Source of the DNA: a virus
Taxonomy: Duplodnaviria > Caudoviricetes
Virus record (IMG/VR): IMGVR_UViG_3300010429_000387
Span: 224,001-288,000 of that record
Length of the DNA stretch: 64,000 nt
Reading direction: 5' to 3' (one strand)
In this document: positions 38,391 to 47,643 of the stretch, piece by piece
Layout of the letters: the number at the start of each line of letters is the position of its first letter
Position numbering within the stretch: the stretch's first letter is position 1
Position numbers and translations under genes: made by a program
The notes under the pieces: generated by a model
What the model was told of the DNA's origin: nothing
What the model saw: the letters and a program-made list of their open reading frames with translations, nothing else
Databases searched by the model: none

Positions 38391-39019
38391 AGAAAGAGGA
38401 CTTCCGAAAGGCTTACGAGGATAGCCAGCAGAAGGGGACCTACCTCATCTGGGTCAACCAACGGAAGGAGACCCTGAAGTCTAGCGTCTCTGCTCATGAC
38501 GTTCTCCGGCACTTCGGGGTTGACCTGAAGTTCAGTGGGGAGCGAGAGGAGCAGATTTGTTGCCCCTTCCACGGTGACAAGGACCCTTCTGCCCGAATCT
38601 ACACGGCCCAGGGGGACAGTCCCTCGGGGGTCTACTGCTGGGTGTGTCGGAAGAGGTGGGACATCTTCGGTCTGTGGAAGGAGTTCCACGGGGACTCGGA
38701 GATGAAGTTCACAGCGGTCCTCCTCGGCTTGGAAAAGGCTTTCGGAATCATCACCCCCGAGGCTCCGGACATGAGCCGGGACTACGGTCCTCGGGGGCCT
38801 ACAGACGAGGAGCAGGCCGTTCTGGACCGGCTGGAGGTCTGTGAGCGACGGCTGAAGTTGGCGAAGCCCAGCTTCCAGTTCAAGGGGTTCCTCACCATCG
38901 GGAAGCTCCTCGACAACCTCCATTACCAGATGAAGCATGGGCTCATTGACGTAGACCTGGCGGACAGGAACGTACAGCTCATCCTCAACAAGATTGGGGA
39001 GAAGACAAGAGGTGGCTAG
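38387..39019 (+). CDS. stand-alone CHC2 (primase-type) zinc-finger protein
   Basis: CPFHGDKDPS...YCWVC; no TOPRIM domain. Confidence 0.8.
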   Translation: MKKEDFRKAYEDSQQKGTYLIWVNQRKETLKSSVSAHDVLRHFGVDLKFSGEREEQICCPFHGDKDPSARIYTAQGDSPSGVYCWVCRKRWDIFGLWKEFHGDSEMKFTAVLLGLEKAFGIITPEAPDMSRDYGPRGPTDEEQAVLDRLEVCERRLKLAKPSFQFKGFLTIGKLLDNLHYQMKHGLIDVDLADRNVQLILNKIGEKTRGG

Positions 39020-39440
39020 GAGACTGAAGCTCAAAACAGTGGAGCTGGGGGACCTAGAGTTGTTTCTCATCTACCAGTATGGGGACAAGTGGGAGTCCGA
39101 TTGGCTACCCCTCCAAGGACAGATAGTCACGGGCCTGCTGACTGTGGTTACCCAGGAGACGATGGACCATGCCCTTCGGGGGTGGACCAGTCCCCTGGTG
39201 AAGTCCCTCGGGGTCCCCCCTGAGGGGGCGATTCGGAAGCTCCCAAGTCAACTGTGCTACCGAAGGGATCCCTGCCCCTTCTACCAGAAAAAGACCTGCA
39301 TACCAACGCACCCCAAGATGCCGTGGTGCTTTGAGCCTGAAACCATTGAGGATCCCAACGCCAGAAGTCTTGCTGCTGAGTTGGTTCGGCTGTGGCGAGA
39401 AGGGGTGTACGTAGTGGTGGTGACCCATGCCGCTGAGTGA
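39012..39440 (+). CDS. Cys-rich hypothetical protein
   Basis: GTG start inferred; CYRRDPCPF...C...WCF cluster; overlaps both neighbours. Confidence 0.6.
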   Translation: MARRLKLKTVELGDLELFLIYQYGDKWESDWLPLQGQIVTGLLTVVTQETMDHALRGWTSPLVKSLGVPPEGAIRKLPSQLCYRRDPCPFYQKKTCIPTHPKMPWCFEPETIEDPNARSLAAELVRLWREGVYVVVVTHAAE

Positions 39441-42400
39441 TTTTCTTTCAGTTGGGGAGGTCCTTGGGATCTCTGAGTGGCTTCAGGGGGAAGAGATAGT
39501 CCCCCTGTCCCTCTCGTCCGTACTCGCCAAGCTACCACTCCAGGAACAGGTACCCACCTTGCCCTCGCCTTCTGAAGATGATGACGATCTGGCCCTTATC
39601 CTTGGGCAGATCGAGAACCCTTCCGCTCAAAGTCCAACCCCGGAGACAGAGCCAGCAACAGCAGAAGAGGACCTCCCCCTTCCCGTGGATGAACCTCAGG
39701 TCCTTCAGGCCGTCCCCTATCGGAACCTCGAAGAGGATGATGACGATGAGCCTGTGATGACCCCCGAGGCCATTATGGAGTCACAGGGGACTCAGAAAGA
39801 GGGGGGAGCAGCGGACATCGTCCGAGCTTGGATGCTTTACCACGAGTTTGTCGTGGTAACTAGCGTTGAGCAGCTAGACCAGATTGTAACGGAGGCCATC
39901 AAGGCTGGCCGATGCGCCCTCGACCTTGAGACAGAGGGCTTGGACAACCGAATCTACTACCGTGACCCGAACGAGATCCGGGGGCCTATCGAGGAATACT
40001 GGGAGGACATCCGGCCCCCTTCAGTGCCTCAGACAGTCCACAAGATCGTGGGTTACTGCCTTTGCTACGATGGGCACACTGGGTACTACGTTCCTGTCAG
40101 GCACAGCGGGGAGGATAGTGCCAAGGAGAACATCGACCCCATCGAAGCTGGGAAGATCATCAAGAAGCTGTGCTTGGCTGCCCAACCTGTCCTATCCCCT
40201 GAGGGAGCCAAGGTGGACCCTCTTGCGAGCCCGATCTTCCAGAAGCCTCCTCGGGTCAAGATTTACTTCCACCATGCGAAGTTCGACCAGGAGTTCCTGT
40301 TTCCGGTTACGGGCATTGACTACTGGCACCCAGACTCCTTCGAGGACTCCCTTCTCATCTACTACTGCATCTTCACTGGGGACAAGGGTCTTGGACTCAA
40401 GCACAAGAGTGAAGAGAAGCTGGTCGTCCTCGACAAGAATGGCACCCCAGTTCGAGGCCACATCCTCAAGGACCACAAGAACCCCCTTCAGGAGATCGTC
40501 AAGGAGGACCCCAAGGGCGGGACCATCCCCTACAAGATGATCGAGCTGAAGGAGCTTTTCCTTCGGGGGAGGAAGATCGACTTTGCCAGCCTGAGTCCAG
40601 AGGAGGCCAGAAGGTACGCCTGTTCGGATGCCATCTGCACCTTCCTTCACTGTGACAACCCGGTGCTTCTCTCGACGATTCGGGACAAGAAGTACGCCAA
40701 CACCTATCGCTTGGAAAAGCAGGTGGCCCAGGTGCTTCGGTGGATGGAGCGTCACCGGATCAAGATCGATCACGAGTATGTTCGGAGCCTCTTCACAGAG
40801 GCTCGGGCTGAGGCTGATGGGTATCGCCAGCAGATTCTCGAACTGGCTAACCAGATGGGTTGGGCCAATTTCGACCCGAACTCGACCCAGCAGCTCAGTG
40901 AGTTCTTGTTCAACCACCCCTCTGGGCTCAACATCGAGCCGAAACCGGACAAGAACGAGAAGTCTGGGCAATACAAGACTGACGCTGACACCCTCGAAAA
41001 GCTGGTTGAGGACCACCCTGACATCAACTCGGTGCTCCTGACTATCGTCAAGTACCGTCAGGTCGAGAAAGTCATCGGCACCTATCTCGAAGGGATGCTG
41101 AACAACTGTGACTCCAACTCAGAGTTGAGGTATCAGTTCAAGCAGACCGGGGCACCGACAGGACGCTTCACGGCCCCTGCTGGGGACCCAGAGCATGGGT
41201 ACGGAGGGATCCCCATCCACGGGATCCCAGCCACCTATGACGAGAAGAAGCCCAAGGTAGCAACGGCCCTTCGTCGGGCCTTCGTAGCCCGAGATGGCTA
41301 CACGATGGTCAAGGTGGACTTTGCTGGTGAAGAGCTTCGCATTGTCACCAACCTCTCGAAGGAACCCGTCTGGATCAAGGAGTTCAACGAGGGTACCGGA
41401 GACCTCCACACCATCACGGCCAAGGCTTTCTTCGGGCCGGAGATCACCAAGCAGCAACGGCAGATGGGCAAGAGCGCCAACTTCTCCCTCGTGTACGGGG
41501 GTGGAACCATGGCAATCATGCGGGCTACCAAGTGTACCCAGCAAGAAGCTGCCCGCCGTAAGGCCAACTTCGACAAGTCCCTCCCCCAGTTTGCCGAGTG
41601 GGTCAAGGCCCAGAAGCAGAAGGTCAAGAAGGATTGCGGGGTCTTCACAGCCTTCGGTCGCTGGATGGCGGTACCCGATGCAAACAGCCCGGACAAGGCT
41701 ATTGCGGCTGCCTGTGAGCGCTACTCCCTGAACTACCCGATCCAGGGCTCAGGCGCCGATATCATGAAGATCGCCATGGTTCTCCTGTACAAGGAGTTCT
41801 GGCGTCGGGGTTGGGTCCAGAACGCTACCGCTCGGTTCATGCTCACGGTCCATGACGAAATCGTCTTCGAGGTGAAGCACGAAGCCCTCATGGAGGTCAT
41901 GCCAGTCATCGAGCACCTGATGACCGCCCCTGGTCGAATGGCGGTTCCGAAGTGGGATGTCCAACTGGAGGTGGAGCCCCTTCTCGACCTACACTGGGAC
42001 CCGAAGTACGACTACCACAAGATCATGAAGGGCTACATCCCTGAGAAGGGGAAGAAGCCAGGGAAGAACGACATCCAAGTAGGGGACCGGTGGTATCAGC
42101 CAATCCCCAAGTGGTTGGAGGGCCATATCACGCCGGACTACATGCGGTCTGGTGAGAAGCCCGCCCCTCAACTACCCTCGGACCCGGTGGCCCCCCCGGT
42201 CCAGGTTCCAACTCAGGCCCCAGAGACCCCCAAGGAAGCGACTCCGAAGGCCCCCCCAGCTCCGACATCAGTGGCTCCCTCAGCCCCAGTACAGGCCCAG
42301 CCAGCCCGACCCTCACAGGTCCCACCCAAGACGAACGGCAATGGGAAGAGGGTTGATGTTTTCTCCTACGGCCTGAACCTACTCACCTCAGATACCGTGA

Positions 42401-42558
42401 GGCAGGTTGCATCTGTGTGCATCGAGAGCCATGACCCAGAGGGTCGGCTCCTTCAACTCTACGACCAGAGCAACAATGAGATCCTGATCGACCCGTCGCA
42501 AGGAATCCGAATAAATCCGGATACTTTCAAGGTTCTCATGAGGAGTAAGAACCTGTGA
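39427..42558 (+). CDS. polA: family A DNA polymerase with 3'-5' exonuclease
   Basis: Exonuclease motifs DLETEG, HHAKFD, YACSDA; polymerase motifs DFAGEELR, RQMGKSANFSLVYG, TVHDEI. No 5'-3' exonuclease. Confidence 0.92.
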   Translation: MPLSDFLSVGEVLGISEWLQGEEIVPLSLSSVLAKLPLQEQVPTLPSPSEDDDDLALILGQIENPSAQSPTPETEPATAEEDLPLPVDEPQVLQAVPYRNLEEDDDDEPVMTPEAIMESQGTQKEGGAADIVRAWMLYHEFVVVTSVEQLDQIVTEAIKAGRCALDLETEGLDNRIYYRDPNEIRGPIEEYWEDIRPPSVPQTVHKIVGYCLCYDGHTGYYVPVRHSGEDSAKENIDPIEAGKIIKKLCLAAQPVLSPEGAKVDPLASPIFQKPPRVKIYFHHAKFDQEFLFPVTGIDYWHPDSFEDSLLIYYCIFTGDKGLGLKHKSEEKLVVLDKNGTPVRGHILKDHKNPLQEIVKEDPKGGTIPYKMIELKELFLRGRKIDFASLSPEEARRYACSDAICTFLHCDNPVLLSTIRDKKYANTYRLEKQVAQVLRWMERHRIKIDHEYVRSLFTEARAEADGYRQQILELANQMGWANFDPNSTQQLSEFLFNHPSGLNIEPKPDKNEKSGQYKTDADTLEKLVEDHPDINSVLLTIVKYRQVEKVIGTYLEGMLNNCDSNSELRYQFKQTGAPTGRFTAPAGDPEHGYGGIPIHGIPATYDEKKPKVATALRRAFVARDGYTMVKVDFAGEELRIVTNLSKEPVWIKEFNEGTGDLHTITAKAFFGPEITKQQRQMGKSANFSLVYGGGTMAIMRATKCTQQEAARRKANFDKSLPQFAEWVKAQKQKVKKDCGVFTAFGRWMAVPDANSPDKAIAAACERYSLNYPIQGSGADIMKIAMVLLYKEFWRRGWVQNATARFMLTVHDEIVFEVKHEALMEVMPVIEHLMTAPGRMAVPKWDVQLEVEPLLDLHWDPKYDYHKIMKGYIPEKGKKPGKNDIQVGDRWYQPIPKWLEGHITPDYMRSGEKPAPQLPSDPVAPPVQVPTQAPETPKEATPKAPPAPTSVAPSAPVQAQPARPSQVPPKTNGNGKRVDVFSYGLNLLTSDTVRQVASVCIESHDPEGRLLQLYDQSNNEILIDPSQGIRINPDTFKVLMRSKNL

Positions 42559-43205
42559 ACCCTACGAATCGGAGAGACTGCCTTCGGGAGTGCAACAACC
42601 AGGGGGTACCCCTGGAGGACTTCCGCCTAGCCTTCTGCGTTCGGTGCTTGCAGCCAGAGTGTACTCGAAGTACCTATGGCTCCAGCAAGTTCGACCAACG
42701 GACCCAGACCTGGGTGGAGAGGCTTTTCACCCAGGTACCCAGGATGGACCCGACCGACCCCCGGTTCCAGGAAATCTCCGGGCAGGGGTTCAGCACCATC
42801 GATCTTGCTGCCAACCAGGACCCTGGTGGGGGCTCAGCCTGGCTTGACCCTCGGGATCTGAAGCCCGAGAAGACCAGCATCGTGGTCCCCGCTGGCTTCA
42901 TTCCGCCCCCACCAGAAGAGCCCGTCATCCAGGAAGCCCCTGCTTCTGGGCCTCCCGTCGAAGTCGAGGTACCCAAGGTTCAACCGGCCTCAACCGGTAA
43001 AGTGGGGTCGAACCTGCCTCGTGAGGTTCTTCTAATGAATACCGTGGGTCACGAGGGGGCGTACCTTCCAGGGGCACCCTCAAAGCCTGCGGTAGAACCA
43101 GTGAAGAGAGACCCATGGGCAGCCCCGGAACCAGTGGGGCCAAACGAGGTAATCGTTAAAAGAGGGGCCACCGTTCGATTTGGCGGTGGGTCCGGTGTAA
43201 AGTAG
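42555..43205 (+). CDS. hypothetical protein (Cys cluster, Pro-rich C-half)
   Basis: GTGA overlap with polA; CVRCLQPEC. Confidence 0.65.
   Translation: MNPTNRRDCLRECNNQGVPLEDFRLAFCVRCLQPECTRSTYGSSKFDQRTQTWVERLFTQVPRMDPTDPRFQEISGQGFSTIDLAANQDPGGGSAWLDPRDLKPEKTSIVVPAGFIPPPPEEPVIQEAPASGPPVEVEVPKVQPASTGKVGSNLPREVLLMNTVGHEGAYLPGAPSKPAVEPVKRDPWAAPEPVGPNEVIVKRGATVRFGGGSGVK
43193..43199 (+). promoter_or_regulatory. CGGTGTA promoter motif
   Basis: Upstream of the small ORF at 43238; reads CGGTG-TAAAGT. Confidence 0.55.
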
Positions 43206-43237
43206 GAAGCAACCCTGAGCGCAACGGAGAACCACTC

Positions 43238-43414
43238 ATGAGTCTCGAATACGATGCCATCATCTACCCGAACGGAAAGCTCGTCACCGAGGTGACCCAG
43301 CATGACGGAAACTGCTCCGAGATCGAGAAGATCGTGTCTCGGATGGGCACCGTCGAATCGGATGAACGCACCGGGGATGACTGCCAGCCCGTTCACGAGA
43401 CGGTCAACGGCTGA
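43238..43414 (+). CDS. DUF2997-like small protein (58 aa, not in the ORF track)
   Basis: MSLEYDAIIYPNGKLVTEVTQHDGNCSEIEKIVSRMGTVESDERTGDDCQPVHETVNG; GGAG upstream; sits next to DUF1257-like and AAA genes. Confidence 0.65.
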   Translation: MSLEYDAIIYPNGKLVTEVTQHDGNCSEIEKIVSRMGTVESDERTGDDCQPVHETVNG

Positions 43415-43415
43415 C

Positions 43416-43422
43416 CGGTGTA
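43416..43422 (+). promoter_or_regulatory. CGGTGTA promoter motif
   Basis: Intergenic, upstream of 43450. Confidence 0.55.
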
Positions 43423-43449
43423 GGACTACAGAACGAGAGAGAGGAACCC

Positions 43450-43791
43450 ATGTCCCATCGACACACCATCAACACTCAGATCACCAACAAGGAGATCGCC
43501 AAGCAGGCACTCCAGGCCGCCAAGGTCGAGTTCCGGGAGCAGGGGGATCAACTCTTTCTGACCTCCGGCAACTACCGTGACACGGTCATCGACACCCGCT
43601 CGGGTCGAGTGACCAGCGGCGACACGGATCATGTCCGTGTCAGTGCAGCCGAGATCGGTGTTCTCCGTCAGCACTACACTGAGGCACTCCACCGACACGA
43701 AGCCATGATCCAGGGAATCGAGATCCAGTCTCGGACCACCAGGGTCATCAACGGTGAGGAGTGCGTCGTTCTTCACTGCCGAATGGCCTGA
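43450..43791 (+). CDS. DUF1257/Ycf35-like protein
   Basis: MSH...TQITN...QAL...LRQHY...QG pattern; GAGAGG upstream. Confidence 0.65.
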   Translation: MSHRHTINTQITNKEIAKQALQAAKVEFREQGDQLFLTSGNYRDTVIDTRSGRVTSGDTDHVRVSAAEIGVLRQHYTEALHRHEAMIQGIEIQSRTTRVINGEECVVLHCRMA

Positions 43792-43815
43792 TCTACGCCG
43801 CTAGCCTCTCCTGGG

Positions 43816-43860
43816 AGCCCGTCTTTCTTCTGCGAAGAAAGACGGGCTTTCGGCTTTATT
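43816..43860 (+). terminator. intrinsic terminator-like hairpin
   Basis: Perfect 15-bp inverted repeat AGCCCGTCTTTCTTC-TGC-GAAGAAAGACGGGCT followed by TTCGGCTTTATT. Confidence 0.75.
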
Positions 43861-43882
43861 GGGGTGGGGAGTGAGTCACCTT

Positions 43883-43889
43883 CGGTGTA
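43883..43889 (+). promoter_or_regulatory. CGGTGTA promoter motif
   Basis: After the terminator, upstream of the AAA ATPase; reads CGGTG-TATGAT. Confidence 0.6.
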
Positions 43890-43926
43890 TGATCCACCAG
43901 ACGCTAAAACACGGAGCCCTTGAATC

Positions 43927-45504
43927 ATGTTGACCCCTGAGATGATCCACCACTTGCGCTCCCTCACTCGTCTCGTGTACGTGGTGACGGACGAAGAGGA
44001 CCGCTTCATCGTGGATTTTCACGAGCAGATGAAGAAGCATGAGGACCGGATCTGGGTGTTCAACGCAGCTCTGGGCCTGAAGCGAGTCACCGACCTCATC
44101 AAGGACTGGTCGAGTCGAGCCCATGCTGTGGAGACCTCGGCTGCCCAGATCAACGAAGCCCTCATCCGGGTCTACCAAGACGACCCCAAGGACAAGGAGC
44201 ACTTCTACCTGTTCACGGATCCTGAACGCTGGTTCAAGGATGAACACGTCATTCGTCGGGTGCTCAACATCATCCACCAGCTTCACCAGGACCTCCGGAT
44301 CGTCAAGTGCATGATCTTCGTGGGTCCCCGTCGGGTGATTCCGGAGAAGCTCGCCCGATACTTCGAGGTGGTACAGTGCTCTGGTCTCAGCAAGCAAGAG
44401 ACTACCGAACTGGTCGAGGGCTTCTGCAAGCAACTCCAGACCAAGGTACCCAACAATCCGGAGACCCTGTTCCGTGGGATGACCAGCTACGAAATCGAGC
44501 AAGTCATCACTCAGTCGGTGGTCAAGACCAAGAAGGATGCGGTCAACCCCAAGCGTGTGGACCCCACCTTCGTGGCGGAGTACAAGCGCAACCAGATCCG
44601 AAAGACGGACCTGGTCCAGATCATCGAGACTGAGGGAACCACCTTCGAGTCTGTGGGTGGGGCCGACCGTTTCAAGGAGTGGGTCACTGAGACTACCTCT
44701 TGCTGGTCTGAAGAGGGCCAGCGCTTCGGCCTCAAGCCTCCCAAGGGTGTGCTCCTGGTCGGGGTCTACGGGTGCGGCAAGTCCCTTTCGGCCAAGGCTC
44801 TGGCGGCTGAGTGGAAGCTCCCCCTCGTCCAGTTCGAGATGGGCAAGCTCCGTTCCTCTGGCGTGGGTGATTCCGAAGCCAACCTCTACCGGGCACTCCG
44901 GATCGTTGAGTCGGTCTCCCCTTGCATCATGTGGATCGATGAGGCTGAGAAGAGCCTCTCCGGTGGGCAGTCCTCTGCCCAGTCTGATGCGGGTACCACC
45001 TCCCGTCTCCTCGGGATTCTCTCGACGTGGGCACAGGAGTCCAAGTCTCCCGTCTGCCTGGTCATGACGGCCAACTCCCTGAAGACCCTTCCGGCTGAGA
45101 TGGTCAACCGGATGCCGGAACGCTTTTTCTTCGACATTCCGGATGAGGAGGCTCGCATCGACATCATCAAGATCCAGGCCAAGGCTGTGAGTCAGGATGT
45201 GTCGAACTTCAGCTTGGCTGAGCTTGCAGAGAAGGCCAAGCTCTTGGTCGGCCGTGAGATCGAGCAAGCCATCGCTTCGGCCATGACACGTAGCTTCAAC
45301 GCCAAGAAGCCTGCCTTGGATGAGACAATTCTGGGTGAAGAGTTGACCCGAAAGCCCCGGATCATCAAGACCATGGGTGATGAGATCAAGGAAATCATCG
45401 ACTGGGTTGGGTACGACCCCGAGGTGGATGACGGGATCCGTGCTCGCCTGGCCTCCAAGAACCGTTCGGAGTCCTTCCGGGTGATGGCGGGAGAGGGTGG
45501 CTAA
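43927..45504 (+). CDS. Ycf46-like AAA+ ATPase
   Basis: Inactive N-terminal AAA-like half; PKGVLLVGVYGCGKS, WIDEAEK, TAN and ERFFFDIP motifs. Confidence 0.85.
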   Translation: MLTPEMIHHLRSLTRLVYVVTDEEDRFIVDFHEQMKKHEDRIWVFNAALGLKRVTDLIKDWSSRAHAVETSAAQINEALIRVYQDDPKDKEHFYLFTDPERWFKDEHVIRRVLNIIHQLHQDLRIVKCMIFVGPRRVIPEKLARYFEVVQCSGLSKQETTELVEGFCKQLQTKVPNNPETLFRGMTSYEIEQVITQSVVKTKKDAVNPKRVDPTFVAEYKRNQIRKTDLVQIIETEGTTFESVGGADRFKEWVTETTSCWSEEGQRFGLKPPKGVLLVGVYGCGKSLSAKALAAEWKLPLVQFEMGKLRSSGVGDSEANLYRALRIVESVSPCIMWIDEAEKSLSGGQSSAQSDAGTTSRLLGILSTWAQESKSPVCLVMTANSLKTLPAEMVNRMPERFFFDIPDEEARIDIIKIQAKAVSQDVSNFSLAELAEKAKLLVGREIEQAIASAMTRSFNAKKPALDETILGEELTRKPRIIKTMGDEIKEIIDWVGYDPEVDDGIRARLASKNRSESFRVMAGEGG

Positions 45505-45536
45505 GGTTCTTCTCAGGTGTCCCCAGAGAGGAACCC

Positions 45537-45794
45537 ATGGGATCACGAAACTGGCAGATCATTCGAGACCTGGAGATTGCTCGTTCTGCTGGGAACGCTG
45601 AGCAAGTTGCGAGGCTTTCCGAGTTGGTCGAGCAATCCCAGCAGGATTGCGACCACCCTGCTGAGTCCAAGAAGGTTGGTACTTGTGCTCAGGACACCGA
45701 GACCAAGAACCGTGGCCTGGTTCGGAAGGGGGACCAGGTAGTTTGGTGTCTTGCTTGTAGCCGAATCCTTCGGCACACCCCAAAAAGGTCTTGA
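45537..45794 (+). CDS. small Zn-ribbon protein
   Basis: CDH...CLAC; GAGG upstream. Confidence 0.6.
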   Translation: MGSRNWQIIRDLEIARSAGNAEQVARLSELVEQSQQDCDHPAESKKVGTCAQDTETKNRGLVRKGDQVVWCLACSRILRHTPKRS

Positions 45795-45795
45795 G

Positions 45796-46998
45796 ATGCC
45801 TTCAGAACTGGTACGACCCGAGAATCAAGCCCAGGCCCTCAGCCGAAAGGTCGAGGTCGAGGTCCTTTCCAGGGCCAATCCGGAAGTGGCCCTCCTCCGT
45901 TTGGCTCGGGTTGTCGTCCAGCAGTCCCCCGAGGTCCGGGCTGTCTTCGATGCCTCCAGAGAAGACAAGTCGATGGGGCGCAAGGGACAGGTCAACCGGA
46001 AGCTCTTGACCGAACGCCTCAAGGATCACTTCCCCTTGGACGAGGGGATCGGTGAGGTTGCCTCCTACCTGGCAGATGAGTACGAGCAAATCGGGGATGG
46101 GATTCTCCTGGTTTCATCCGAGACCGGTCGAGCCATTGCCCGGTTGACTGAAGAGGACTTCTACATGCCCGCCCCGGTACCTAGGGAAAGCGGGAACATG
46201 GTCCAGCCTGGGGTCAAGATCCGCCCCGAGATCGAGGGGTTCATCGTCCACTGGCAGTTCGAGACAACTCGGGAGAGGGAGGTCCGAGAGAGAATGCTCT
46301 CTCGTGTCAACCAAACGGAGCTTCTTCGAGAGGAGGGTGACCGTCGAGTCTTGTCTCTTTCCAGGGGTGGGCGGCGAAACCTTGCAGCTCAAGTCCAAGA
46401 AGCCCTTCCCCAGCTCCTCCAGGGTGCCACGGGTATTGCAGGGGACTTTCTGGTCTTCTTCGCTCCTGGCAAGCCTCCTTCGGGAGAGGGGCTGGACCCC
46501 ATCAAGCTCGAAGCTCGAAGCTCTGTTCGTCGCCCGGTTCAGGATGCGCTGACCTCCAACCTCAAGCACGATGTCCTGGCCTCGACCCTAGCCTCAGTAG
46601 CAACGGGGTGGGTTCGGGACATGGCGGGGCAGCTTCTCACCAGGGGCCGAAGCCGTCTTGGGGATGCTGTGGTTCCGTATATGACCTTGGACATGGTCGT
46701 GGAGAATCGCAAGAGGGGTTTCTGGGTTGCAGAGTCAAGCCTTGCTCTGGCCCTCCAACGCCTCGGGTGCCGGGCTCTCCCCGTTCAGGGTCCGAGCAGC
46801 TTTGCTCTCTTCTTCCGAGGCCCTGTGGGCTTCCTGGAGCTTCCAGAAGGCCAGTCTGGGGTTCACAGCCGAGAGATGCACGACCGATGGACGTTGGAGT
46901 CCATGGTTGAGGCCACCCTCTGGGTGGACTGGGGTAGAATCGAGGTTCTTCCGGTTGGTGGGGTCTTCGACTCAGGGGTGAGCGTTGAGGTGCTCTAA
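45796..46998 (+). CDS. hypothetical protein
   Basis: 400 aa from ATG 45796, immediately after the previous stop. Confidence 0.7.
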   Translation: MPSELVRPENQAQALSRKVEVEVLSRANPEVALLRLARVVVQQSPEVRAVFDASREDKSMGRKGQVNRKLLTERLKDHFPLDEGIGEVASYLADEYEQIGDGILLVSSETGRAIARLTEEDFYMPAPVPRESGNMVQPGVKIRPEIEGFIVHWQFETTREREVRERMLSRVNQTELLREEGDRRVLSLSRGGRRNLAAQVQEALPQLLQGATGIAGDFLVFFAPGKPPSGEGLDPIKLEARSSVRRPVQDALTSNLKHDVLASTLASVATGWVRDMAGQLLTRGRSRLGDAVVPYMTLDMVVENRKRGFWVAESSLALALQRLGCRALPVQGPSSFALFFRGPVGFLELPEGQSGVHSREMHDRWTLESMVEATLWVDWGRIEVLPVGGVFDSGVSVEVL

Positions 46999-47000
46999 GC

Positions 47001-47009
47001 CTTTGATAC
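47001..47009 (+). promoter_or_regulatory. T-rich putative late-promoter element (CTTTGATAC)
   Basis: Intergenic, upstream of a structural-looking gene. Confidence 0.3.
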
Positions 47010-47024
47010 AGGGGCTAGGGTAAC

Positions 47025-47618
47025 ATGGCGATCACCATCACCTCCATTCGGGCGAACGCTGGGGACAACACTATCGTTCCAAACGGTACTGTCATAATTA
47101 CTGGGACCGGCCTAACGGCAGGGAACATGTACCTCACTTCCGAACTAGGGACGGTGGAGGTGACTGGACTGACCTGGACTGGAACCGATATTCACGGGAA
47201 CCCAGACTCCTTTCCGACCCTTGGGACTCTAGGCAGCCCCGGTCAGCTCATCATCGTGAACGCCTCAGGTGAGACAGCTATCCATGAGGTGACCCTCTTT
47301 TCGACAAGCGCTCCCGAGTCTAGGCACGGGTTTTTCTATGGTAACCTTGTGACAACCACGGGTACGCAGTCCACTCCTCGCTACAACTACCCTACCTATG
47401 GGTCCTACGGGAAAATCGAAACCTTCAACTGGGGTGGCCCGATGGGGGTAGTATTTGCTCAGGTGTTTCAGAATCCAGACGGAACTACAGACGTAGAGTG
47501 GTCGGATGAGGTCAGTGTACCATTGAACCAACTTGCTCGAATCGGAGAGCCAGTAAGGGCGATGTTCAAGTCCCTGGGGATCCTTGGTGTACTGGACCAA
47601 GGTGGGGGTGCATGGTGA
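47025..47618 (+). CDS. IPT/TIG (Ig-like) domain protein, possibly virion-associated
   Basis: ITITSI...GTVIITGTGL...WTGTDI pattern. Confidence 0.5.
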   Translation: MAITITSIRANAGDNTIVPNGTVIITGTGLTAGNMYLTSELGTVEVTGLTWTGTDIHGNPDSFPTLGTLGSPGQLIIVNASGETAIHEVTLFSTSAPESRHGFFYGNLVTTTGTQSTPRYNYPTYGSYGKIETFNWGGPMGVVFAQVFQNPDGTTDVEWSDEVSVPLNQLARIGEPVRAMFKSLGILGVLDQGGGAW

Positions 47619-47643
47619 ACCAACTCAAAGCCATGGACTACTG

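Noticed and set aside
43302-43580. 92-aa + ORF in the ORF track
   Set aside because: Overlaps two better-supported genes (43238-43414 and 43450-43791) that have SD sites and family-like motifs.
43876-45546. 556-aa minus-strand ORF (and similar ones at 32935-33852, 49705-50916, 52803-54059)
   Set aside because: Antisense shadows of well-supported + strand genes; expected from biased codon usage in GC-rich DNA, with no recognisable motifs.
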